Shown in pieces: positions 1 through 21,746 of a stretch of DNA of 64,000 nucleotides; position 1 is the first letter of the stretch; the number at the start of each line of letters is the position of its first letter. A program made the translations under genes and the position numbers. The stretch is from Candidatus Heimdallarchaeota archaeon (GTDB taxonomy: Archaea > Asgardarchaeota > Heimdallarchaeia > Heimdallarchaeales > Heimdallarchaeaceae). Below the pieces are notes generated by a model. The model was not told where the DNA came from, searched no databases, and saw only the letters and a program-made list of their open reading frames with translations. The DNA is taken from the NCBI GenBank assembly GCA_030603365.1, contig JAUVXV010000004.1:256001-320000 (forward strand), given 5' to 3'.

Positions 1-2
1 AT

Positions 3-407
3 CCACCAAATGATGATGCATATTTTGAGAATATGTCGAGGATAACTTTCAAAGCAAGTTTAAATTGGCAATTTATTGAAGACCGATGGTCAGCTTTTAG
101 GAAAGCCTTTCACAATTTCAATATTGGTATTGTCAGTGATTTTGATGAAGAAGATATTGAAGAATTAATGTCTAACACAAAAATCATTAGAAGTAGAGCA
201 AGAATAGAAGCAACTTTGTATAATGCAATAATTTTTCAGAAGATTATTGAAGAACATGGTTCTTTCAGAGATTATTTAGATAGTCTCGATAAATCAGAAG
301 ATTACAAGTATACTAAAGAAGAATTATGTAGGAAATTTGAAAGACTTACTGATGAAACTTCTACAATCTTCCTATATAGTGTTGGTGAAGATATTATTTT
401 AACTTAA
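3..407 (+). CDS. DNA-3-methyladenine glycosylase I (Tag)-like protein, 5'-truncated by the window edge
   Basis: The frame is open from position 3 (PPNDDAYFENM...). Motifs FKASLNW, FRKAFHNF and IIRSRARIEATLYNA match the Tag family. Paralog of 443-898. Confidence 0.8.
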   Translation, partial: PPNDDAYFENMSRITFKASLNWQFIEDRWSAFRKAFHNFNIGIVSDFDEEDIEELMSNTKIIRSRARIEATLYNAIIFQKIIEEHGSFRDYLDSLDKSEDYKYTKEELCRKFERLTDETSTIFLYSVGEDIILT

Positions 408-442
408 CAAATATTGATATATGCTTTAGGGTATCTAGAACC

Positions 443-898
443 ATGCCAGAAGATAATGCTCGAACTGGTTGGTTCTTTAGGGATGGAGCACCTCCAGATG
501 ATAATGCTTATTTTGAAAACATGACAAGATGTGTTTTTCAAGCTAGTTTAACTTGGAAACTTATTGCAGATCGTTGGCCTAATTTCAAAAAGGCATTCAA
601 AGATTTCAACATTGAAATTGTAGCAGATTTTGATGAGGATGATATTGGGAGACTGTTGTCAGATTCAAGTATCTTAAGGAACAGAGCGAAAATAGAAGCT
701 ACTCTTGTTAATGCAATAGTATTTGTGAAGATAAAAGAGGAAATTGACACGTTCAGAAATTACATGGATACTTTGGATAAATCTGAAAACTATAGATTTG
801 TAAAGAAGGAGCTGGCAAAAAGATTTTCACGAATGGGTCCAAAATCAGCGATGGTTTTTCTCTATAGTATTGGCGAAGATATAAAACACGAAGATTAA
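443..898 (+). CDS. DNA-3-methyladenine glycosylase I (Tag)-like protein
   Basis: FQASLTW, FKKAFKDF, ILRNRAKIEATLVNA and RFSRMGP are Tag-family motifs. Confidence 0.8.
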   Translation: MPEDNARTGWFFRDGAPPDDNAYFENMTRCVFQASLTWKLIADRWPNFKKAFKDFNIEIVADFDEDDIGRLLSDSSILRNRAKIEATLVNAIVFVKIKEEIDTFRNYMDTLDKSENYRFVKKELAKRFSRMGPKSAMVFLYSIGEDIKHED

Positions 899-1956
899 AT
901 TGATTCCTTAATCTTCTTCAAGAGCTTTTGTGTATTCTTTCGAAGGCTTTGTTCAATCTTTTTCATATTGGGTAATACTGGCCAAATATCTTCCTCGAGT
1001 CCTTTAAAATCACTTTTTATTTGTTTCTTAGATGTTTCCTCGAAAATGATTCTATAAATCCAATCTGTTAAATCTTCTAGAGTTCTATAGTAAAACAGGA
1101 AAATAATAATATCTTCATTTAGTGTATTTATTTTACGGACATCTAAGTAGCTAGTGATGAGTTCAATACTGTTTTTTTCATTTATATAGAACCAGATATC
1201 TTTCTCAAATGGTGCTAGCATTGCACCGTCCCAATCTATTAAGTGGATTTTTTCATTGTTATCAATTATGATGTTGTGTCTTATTGAATCAGTATGACAG
1301 ATTACAAGCTCAAGGTTTTTTTCTTTTTTCAGTTTCTCTGATAGTTCTTCTAAATATACTAAGGATGGTAAGATATAGTTCATATTTGATTTAATCAGTT
1401 TCTGGAGTTTGTTATAGTTCTTATCTTTAGAATCAGTGCACGCTGTTGCTTCTTTTATACAAATAAGCAGTTCCTTTCTAAAGTCAAGGTCAAAATTAAA
1501 TTCCTGACCTCCTTCCAATTTCATTAAATCTGTTGCAGTATGGATCTTGCCCAATAATTCTCCTAGTTGAGTAAGAAAGTCTTCTGAACGACTTTGCACT
1601 TCGTTCACTATTTTTCCCTCAACAAAAGTCCATATCACCAGATCCATATCTTCAAATTTGGTTCTAAAATCTCCTTTTCTTGATTTTATTGGATAAGTAA
1701 CTTGATCAATGTTAGCTGTCTGATTTAATTGATAAGCAATGTCTAAAGAAAAATCTAATGTAGTTATTTTTGTTTTAGTTAAACGTGATTTCTCATAGAA
1801 CTTAACCAAAAACCTATGTGATTTATCAGTTTGTAAAATATATGAATATGCAAATTCTCCTTCTGGAACGAAAGTTAGTTTTTTGGTTTCTATTCCATAT
1901 TCTAGTTTGATAAACTCTCTTAGCTTATCCATGTTGAGAGAAAGTTCTTGTTTCAT
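895..1956 (-). CDS. APH/choline-kinase-like phosphotransferase
   Basis: LGKIH, catalytic-loop CHTDSIRHNII and metal-binding IDWD motifs. Confidence 0.8.
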   Translation of the reverse strand: MKQELSLNMDKLREFIKLEYGIETKKLTFVPEGEFAYSYILQTDKSHRFLVKFYEKSRLTKTKITTLDFSLDIAYQLNQTANIDQVTYPIKSRKGDFRTKFEDMDLVIWTFVEGKIVNEVQSRSEDFLTQLGELLGKIHTATDLMKLEGGQEFNFDLDFRKELLICIKEATACTDSKDKNYNKLQKLIKSNMNYILPSLVYLEELSEKLKKEKNLELVICHTDSIRHNIIIDNNEKIHLIDWDGAMLAPFEKDIWFYINEKNSIELITSYLDVRKINTLNEDIIIFLFYYRTLEDLTDWIYRIIFEETSKKQIKSDFKGLEEDIWPVLPNMKKIEQSLRKNTQKLLKKIKESI

Positions 1957-2074
1957 GAATCACACACAATACTGATTTTGTAAAGTTTTAAACTGTTATA
2001 TGTAAGGCAAACATGCTAGTTTTAAATATGTTTAGCATTTTCAATTTCTATTCAAGAATATTTTTGGTGATGAT

Positions 2075-2500
2075 ATGAGTTCAACAAAATTTTGTACAAA
2101 ATGTGGTGGTTCATTAAAAGAAACTGATAAGCTATGTGCGAACTGCGGTGTAACAATAGAAGAAACACCTGTAAAAGCAGAAGAATCTGTTCAACAAGAA
2201 GGAGTTGCGACTCCTGCATCCAAATACAATCCACCTACTAAAGAAGAAAAAAACAAGCTAATTTTGTGGATGGTTTTATCTATTATAATACCCATAATTG
2301 GTATTGTTTTAGGTATTGTAATGTATAGTAAAAAAGATAAGACATCTGGGATGCATTATCTTCTATGTGGGTTCTCTAGTATAGCTTTTGCTTCTGGCGC
2401 ATATTACTGGGCAGGATTCATTATTGGTGCTTTACTTATTTCAAGTGCAATTTATAATGGGCTAAGACAGATTAATAGCGAGGAGATTAAGTTACCTTAA
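2075..2500 (+). CDS. Zinc-ribbon membrane protein
   Basis: N-terminal FCTKCG...LCANCG and C-terminal hydrophobic helices. Confidence 0.75.
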   Translation: MSSTKFCTKCGGSLKETDKLCANCGVTIEETPVKAEESVQQEGVATPASKYNPPTKEEKNKLILWMVLSIIIPIIGIVLGIVMYSKKDKTSGMHYLLCGFSSIAFASGAYYWAGFIIGALLISSAIYNGLRQINSEEIKLP

Positions 2501-3906
2501 ACAATCTCTCTTTCTTCTTTTTTTTCCTTATTTTTGTTTCCTATAAAACGATAAACCAAGTAGATTATCAAAACCGCTGAAATAATTACAATTGCTGTTA
2601 TAAGAAAAATTCTTGGTAAAACATGACCCCAATCAATAGCTCCGTTGACTTCATTTGAGCTGATACTAACTGGGATGAAGCTTATTGTTGAAACTGATCT
2701 TGATAATGAAACATAAAATCCCAACGCACCAAGAGCCATTCCTCTTTGCGTAGCTATTGCTTCTCGTGTTGTTCCTGTATTTACACCAATATAACTAGTC
2801 AAACTACTTGCACTGTAAATCATATAGACTACTATTAACCAGGGTAAAGATTTCACATAAATAAAAAGAATCAACATACAAGATGAGATTAGTAGTGTAA
2901 AGAATATAGGTCCTTTATAACCGATTTTATCTACAATCTTGCCTAGATAAGGTTTAAAGAAAATTAGTACTCCCGATGTAATCCATGCTATCTGTGCAAC
3001 CGTATCATACGGGAGACCTTTAACTTCTGATACCAGTATTGGCCAAAATGCAGTTACTGTATATTCAAGAAATGCAACAGCTAATTGTATCATATAAATA
3101 AAACTTAATTTTTTCTGTTTTGTGACAGTTGCAAGGGACTTGAACATTGAAATAAAAGATTCACCAAAAGCCTTCATTTTGGATTCGGTTTTTAATCTGT
3201 CCTCTTTCTTGAGTACTTCAGGCATGAATATCGCTATGCTAATTACACCAATGAGAGATATTCCTGCCCCCCATGCAAAGAGTATACGGAGTGGTGACAA
3301 AATATTTGCCATCTCTGGAATTATGGTTATGACTTTGATATTTGTAGTTAAGGTTTTACTAATTTGAAGGTTAGAAATTTTCAAGAGTAAAAATGCTAGT
3401 AAAGCTCCTGAGATGACTCCTAAATCAGTTCCTTGAAATAATCTTCCTTGAACTTTGCCGAGATTTGTTTCTTCTTCAACATCTCCAATATATGCAAAAA
3501 TTATTGGCCAGAAACAGGACATACCGATAGCCATGAAAAACATAGCCGCAATTACTAAAGCCCAATGTGAAGATATAGCTAGAAAGACCAGACTTATTGT
3601 ATAGAAACTAATTCCTGTTATAAGTAAAGGTTTCCTTCCAATCATTTGTGATAAGTTTCCCAATGGAACTCTTAGGAATAATTGTGGGATATTCCTCAAC
3701 GCAAAGATAAACAATATTAACCAAAAAACTGTATTTATATTTTCTAGATGCAAACCAACATAAGACATGAAAATGGTCATGGAAAAACTACCTACTATGC
3801 CTAGAAGTATAGGTGAAAGACGTCGACGGTCATCTAGATATAATCGTGTCTTCACTTCCTTAAGTGTTCTAGGAAAAAGTTTACCATTATTATTCAACAG
3901 CTTCAT
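2497..3906 (-). CDS. MFS transporter
   Basis: About 12 TM segments. Motif A occurs twice (GNLSQMIGRK, GKIVDKIGYK). ATG at 3906 is the likely start; the ORF is open to 3945. Confidence 0.9.
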   Translation of the reverse strand: MKLLNNNGKLFPRTLKEVKTRLYLDDRRRLSPILLGIVGSFSMTIFMSYVGLHLENINTVFWLILFIFALRNIPQLFLRVPLGNLSQMIGRKPLLITGISFYTISLVFLAISSHWALVIAAMFFMAIGMSCFWPIIFAYIGDVEEETNLGKVQGRLFQGTDLGVISGALLAFLLLKISNLQISKTLTTNIKVITIIPEMANILSPLRILFAWGAGISLIGVISIAIFMPEVLKKEDRLKTESKMKAFGESFISMFKSLATVTKQKKLSFIYMIQLAVAFLEYTVTAFWPILVSEVKGLPYDTVAQIAWITSGVLIFFKPYLGKIVDKIGYKGPIFFTLLISSCMLILFIYVKSLPWLIVVYMIYSASSLTSYIGVNTGTTREAIATQRGMALGALGFYVSLSRSVSTISFIPVSISSNEVNGAIDWGHVLPRIFLITAIVIISAVLIIYLVYRFIGNKNKEKKEEREIV

Positions 3907-4054
3907 GCCTTTTTTGCTAAAACTATGCAAAAACAATATAAACATAATGGAACGAGCTGTAGGACTGAATAGAACTCCTTTCCAGCAATGTGAATTGCCT
4001 TTTCCTTTTCCACAATTTTAAAATAATCTCTCTCCATAACTGACATAGGTAACT

Positions 4055-4744
4055 ATGTTTCCACATTCACCCCAATCCTCGGTACCACCTGACAAACTTG
4101 TTCAGCAGATGATAGTTCAAGCTATTCAGGCATTCTATATTCAAGACTTTGAAACAGGAAAATATTTTCTTGAGCAGATTCGTTCAAATCTCCCAAGATT
4201 CATGTATCAACTAAATCCTCAACTAAGAAATCTTTGTAAAGAGATAGTTAAGTTGCTTCAAGATGGTAGTTTGGTACCAGATAGATCATCTGAAGAAGGA
4301 GTAGGTTCAGTAGCTGATACTCATCCAGGATTTGCAGAAACACCTTCAGAACAACTAGACCAACCAGTTCGTTCTGCACCTACAAGTTCTGAATCAGCTC
4401 GTGCTGAATCAGACCGACCCGAGATTTTTGAAGAAAGGGTTCAAGTAGCAGAAGAATTTGCTCAAATGGTTAAGGGTGAACCTGCTGTGGATATAGGAGA
4501 TATTGAAGGAACTGAAATTGACACTTCAGAAGATCTTGAGTATGAGCCTCAATCGGAATCTCTCGATACACCAGTGGAGGACATTCCTTCAGATAACTTT
4601 GATCCTGTGAGGGGAGAATTACCAAGTGATTTTGTTAGTGAGTTATCTTCCGCAGTAAATACCGTTAAAGACAAAAAGAAGAAAAAGAAAGATGATGGAA
4701 AAATGGTTGGTTCCATGGACGAGTTAGATGAGTTTGATTTCTAA
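4055..4744 (+). CDS. Hypothetical protein: small helical N-terminus, long acidic disordered region, poly-Lys and acidic C-terminal tail
   Basis: 229-aa ORF with AGGT upstream. Called on composition only. Confidence 0.65.
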   Translation: MFPHSPQSSVPPDKLVQQMIVQAIQAFYIQDFETGKYFLEQIRSNLPRFMYQLNPQLRNLCKEIVKLLQDGSLVPDRSSEEGVGSVADTHPGFAETPSEQLDQPVRSAPTSSESARAESDRPEIFEERVQVAEEFAQMVKGEPAVDIGDIEGTEIDTSEDLEYEPQSESLDTPVEDIPSDNFDPVRGELPSDFVSELSSAVNTVKDKKKKKKDDGKMVGSMDELDEFDF

Positions 4745-4749
4745 CCTTC

Positions 4750-5178
4750 TTAATTATTTATAACCTTAACAACAGTCCAATCTTGTTTGATTAGTGAATC
4801 AATCGCAGCTTCTACATCGCTCAAAGTTTCTTTTAACTTTTCTTTTAAAATTTCTTGAGGTATAGCCCCATAAATGTGCCTTATACCTCCATTAGGAAGC
4901 ATTTCTTGCTCCTTATTGATCAATCCTTGTTTTATCATACTTTGTACTAATCTGACAGCGGTAGTACGGTCTCTTTTCACTCTTTCTGCAATCTCTTTTA
5001 TTGTTCTGTTTTTTTGGAGTGTGTAGAAGTAGATGTTTACATGCGTGCATTTTAAACCAAAAAGAAATTCAAATATTGGACAAACCTTAAACTCACATTC
5101 AAGAAACTCACATTTGCAAAAACCACTACTTAGGCTCTTTGAAATACTGTCAGACATATCTACTAAACAAGGCTGCAT
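4750..5178 (-). CDS. TrmB/MarR-like winged-HTH transcriptional regulator with Cys-rich N-terminus
   Basis: HTH TIKEIAERVKRDRTTAVRLVQSM and wing GGIRHIY. The start may be ATG 5157. Confidence 0.8.
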   Translation of the reverse strand: MQPCLVDMSDSISKSLSSGFCKCEFLECEFKVCPIFEFLFGLKCTHVNIYFYTLQKNRTIKEIAERVKRDRTTAVRLVQSMIKQGLINKEQEMLPNGGIRHIYGAIPQEILKEKLKETLSDVEAAIDSLIKQDWTVVKVINN

Positions 5179-5302
5179 TCGTCTGTGTATTTTCCTTACA
5201 CATAATAAATGTTATGTTTTTACAGAATCGCTCGATAGAACAATTTAAAACTATGTGTGATAATAACACACATAGCCTTTATCTACATTGTGGTGAATAA
5301 AA

Positions 5303-5740
5303 ATGGATGAAGAATTAGAACGTATAAAGAAGGAAAAGATGCTAAAGCTCATTAAAGAAGATGTACCAACTGTTGGAAATTTCCCAGTTGCAGACGTTAC
5401 AGAACTTGATGATAATTCAATGGAACCATTTGTAAAACAACAAGGAATTGTAGTAATAGACTGCTGGGCTGTTTGGTGTGGTCCTTGTAGAACCATGGAA
5501 CCTATAATGCAACAACTTGCAAAAGAGTGGGTTGGTAAAGTTACTATTGGAAAACTCAATGTTGATCAGAATCCTCGCGCTTCAATGAAATATGGTATTT
5601 CTTCCATTCCTAATTTCTTAGTTTTTCAAGATGGTAAGTTCCTTGGTAATGTTGTTGGTGCCGTTGGAAAGAAACCTTTTGAAAAATTGTTTAAGAAATT
5701 ATTATCAGATGATAAAGATAAAAAAGAGGGTTATACATAA
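5303..5740 (+). CDS. trxA: Thioredoxin
   Basis: WCGPC active site, cis-Pro loop SIP, GGTGA SD upstream. Confidence 0.95.
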   Translation: MDEELERIKKEKMLKLIKEDVPTVGNFPVADVTELDDNSMEPFVKQQGIVVIDCWAVWCGPCRTMEPIMQQLAKEWVGKVTIGKLNVDQNPRASMKYGISSIPNFLVFQDGKFLGNVVGAVGKKPFEKLFKKLLSDDKDKKEGYT

Positions 5741-5745
5741 CCTCT

Positions 5746-8247
<2,502 letters not shown>

Positions 8248-8251
8248 TTAT

Positions 8252-10417
<2,166 letters not shown>

Positions 10418-10583
10418 TTATTGTCGGGTTATTTCTTGGAAATAATATATTATAAAAAAATAGAGTTTACCCTTTAAAAAGACATTGGTTCAACCTACCA
10501 GAAGTAAATAGAACGGCAAAAGAGCCTTTTTTTGCCTTTTTGTCTAGTTATCTTTCTCTTTGTTGAATTAAGTGCATCTTTTA

Positions 10584-11000
10584 TTAAGAAATAATTATTG
10601 TTCCTTCTTCACCTTCAACTGCTCTGAAAGCATGTTTTGGGTTAGTAATTATCGTTTTTCCTTGGGTTTTTTTTACAAAATTAATACTTGCTTCAATTTT
10701 AGAACCCATACTACCTTTAATGAAATGCCCTTCATTTGCAATTTGCATAGCCAATGCAAAATTTATTTCTCCAAGAATTTCTTGATTTTCTTTATTACAA
10801 TTGAAATAAGCATTTGTAACATCTATTAAAATTAGAAGATTTTTTGCTTTAATCTGAGCAGCTAATACAGCTGATGCATAATCTTTATCAATAACTGCCA
10901 TTGCTCCTTCCAACTCTCCGTTTCCGCTAGTTAAAACTATGTTGTAACCTTGTTCAAGTAAATCAACGATAACTTTAGCTGCTGGACTTGTATTTTGCAT
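10584..11000 (-). pseudogene. arcC: Carbamate kinase C-terminal fragment
   Basis: AVIDKDYASAVLA, LILIDV, GHFIKGSMGSKIEA and GEEGTII match the last part of carbamate kinase. More than half of the enzyme (N-terminal) is absent. Confidence 0.7.
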
Positions 11001-11045
11001 TATAGAATCTTTTTTCTTTTACTCAAAAAATAGTAATCGCTTAAG

Positions 11046-12371
<1,326 letters not shown>

Positions 12372-12486
12372 TCACTTAAAAAGTGCATTGTTTCATGAGA
12401 ATTTTTCATTTCTTTTTTACAATTAAAATTATATTATAAGGTATTTTTATACCATAACAACTGTTTAAAATTACTAAATTACATAG

Positions 12487-13185
<699 letters not shown>

Positions 13186-13190
13186 GAGAA

Positions 13191-13592
<402 letters not shown>

Positions 13593-13756
13593 TTATGCTT
13601 AAAAGAATAATAAAAAGCCAAGTTTGAGCTAGAGCAAGCCAGATTCTAGTCAATATCCGACATAAATGATTTGAGAAATAGAAGAAATAATTAAGAAGGT
13701 TTTTAAGATTGGAGATTAATCCTTTTATCAAAAATCAACAATAAAACGAATTATAA

Positions 13757-14140
<384 letters not shown>

Positions 14141-14150
14141 ATATAAATGG

Positions 14151-14663
14151 TTGATTAACATGGTTAAAGCGATTGTATTGTTTAACTCTAAAGGCGGAAA
14201 TACAAAGAAAGTAGCAATGAAAATTGCTGAAGGTTTAGAAACTGAAAGTCGAAGTAACAAGGAACTTCCAGACTTAACAGAATATGATCTGGTTGTCGTT
14301 GGATCCTGGGTCATCATGGGTCGAATAAGTTTTGCTGGAGCAAGATATTTGAGGAAACTAAAAAGAAAAGGTATTGACGGAAAGAAAGTAGCATTGTTCT
14401 TTACAAGTGGTGGACCAGACGAAGACCATCCATTTTCAAAGGATAAAGAAAATCCCAAGAAAATAAAAGAAGTAATGTTCGAAAAAATGGAAAATATCAT
14501 AGCTAAGAATAAGCAGGTGACTATTATTCCTGAACGATTCTATTGCAAAGGCGCTATAAGGATGATGGGTGAAGTAAAGGATAATATTGGTCATCCCACA
14601 GAAGAAGAACTAGAACAAGCAAGATTATTTGGAGAACAATTGAAAACGCAATTAGAAGTATAA
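14151..14663 (+). CDS. Flavodoxin-family protein
   Basis: FMN loop SKGGNTKKVA, YDLVVVGS, KVALFFTSGG and HPTEEEL. Confidence 0.88.
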   Translation: MINMVKAIVLFNSKGGNTKKVAMKIAEGLETESRSNKELPDLTEYDLVVVGSWVIMGRISFAGARYLRKLKRKGIDGKKVALFFTSGGPDEDHPFSKDKENPKKIKEVMFEKMENIIAKNKQVTIIPERFYCKGAIRMMGEVKDNIGHPTEEELEQARLFGEQLKTQLEV

Positions 14664-14728
14664 TCTATAAATTAAAACTAAGGTTATAGATAGAACCAAA
14701 CATCTTCTATTCTTTTTCTTGTAAACGC

Positions 14729-14957
<229 letters not shown>

Positions 14958-15043
14958 GGACTAATCTACTGCCATAAATATTTGATTTAATTCGAAATAT
15001 TTAAATTAAAAATTGATAGGGAAGTAGATAGAATATAATATAG

Positions 15044-15128
15044 GCCACGATACTCAAGCCTGGTATGAGGATAGATTGCTAATCTATTGTCGATAGACTC
15101 CGGGGTTCAAATCCCCGTCGTGGCTCCA
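15044..15128 (+). tRNA. tRNA-Ser(GCT), long variable arm, encoded CCA
   Basis: Acceptor GCCACGA/TCGTGGC, anticodon arm ATAGA-TTGCTAA-TCTAT, variable arm GTC-GATA-GAC, T arm CGGGG-TTCAAAT-CCCCG. Confidence 0.95.
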
Positions 15129-15229
15129 AATTATTCAACTTATTAGTTATTTCAATAGATTATTAGAAAAAATAAAAGGTCACCTAAAATAACTATTTAA
15201 CTTTTTCATTAAATCAATTATGAAATTCC

Positions 15230-15781
<552 letters not shown>

Positions 15782-15881
15782 CTACACCAAAGATATATTA
15801 CTCGTGAGAGGATATAAGTTTTATTCTTAAAATTACAAATTCCTTATTTTATAAGCTAATCTTCATCTTTAAAAAGACTAA

Positions 15882-19307
<3,426 letters not shown>

Positions 19308-19442
19308 CCTATAGATATTTGAAACTTAAATTTTCTATTTATATCATTTTTTTTGAGTTTAAAATGCTAATTCTTTAATTTATTTTCCCAACTACCCACG
19401 ATAAACCTTAAGAATTACTAGTCTTGTTTCTCAATATCGCGA

Positions 19443-19468
19443 CTGTTATTCCTATATAGGTATAACAA
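19443..19468. promoter_or_regulatory. 26-bp near-perfect palindrome upstream of the membrane-arm operon
   Basis: CTGTTAT-T-CCTATATAGG-T-ATAACAG. Confidence 0.5.
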
Positions 19469-19493
19469 GAAAGATAATAGAAAACAATCCTAA

Positions 19494-20528
<1,035 letters not shown>

Positions 20529-20533
20529 AGTAA

Positions 20534-21431
<898 letters not shown>

Positions 21432-21432
<1 letters not shown>

Positions 21433-21746
21433 TGTTAGAACAACTACATTTTATGATTCTTGGTATAGTCCTATTTTGTGTAGGATTATATGCATTGCTG
21501 AGTAAAAGAAATGTTATCAAGATTCTTATGGGAATCGAAATAATGACAATAGCTATCAACATTGTCTTTGTTTCATTAGGTAAGAACATTGCTAACGAGA
21601 CATTTCTAGAATTTGCTCAGATCTTCCCATTGATTTCTATAGCAATAGGTGCAGCTGTTATGGCAGTAGGTTTAGCAATAGTCATTAACAACTATCGTCA
21701 TGCAAAAAGCGTGGATAGCGATGAAATGGCTACATTGAAAAGGTGA
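21432..21746 (+). CDS. NuoK/MrpC-like membrane subunit
   Basis: GLYALLSKRNVIKILMGIEIM and AAVMAVGLA. Confidence 0.88.
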
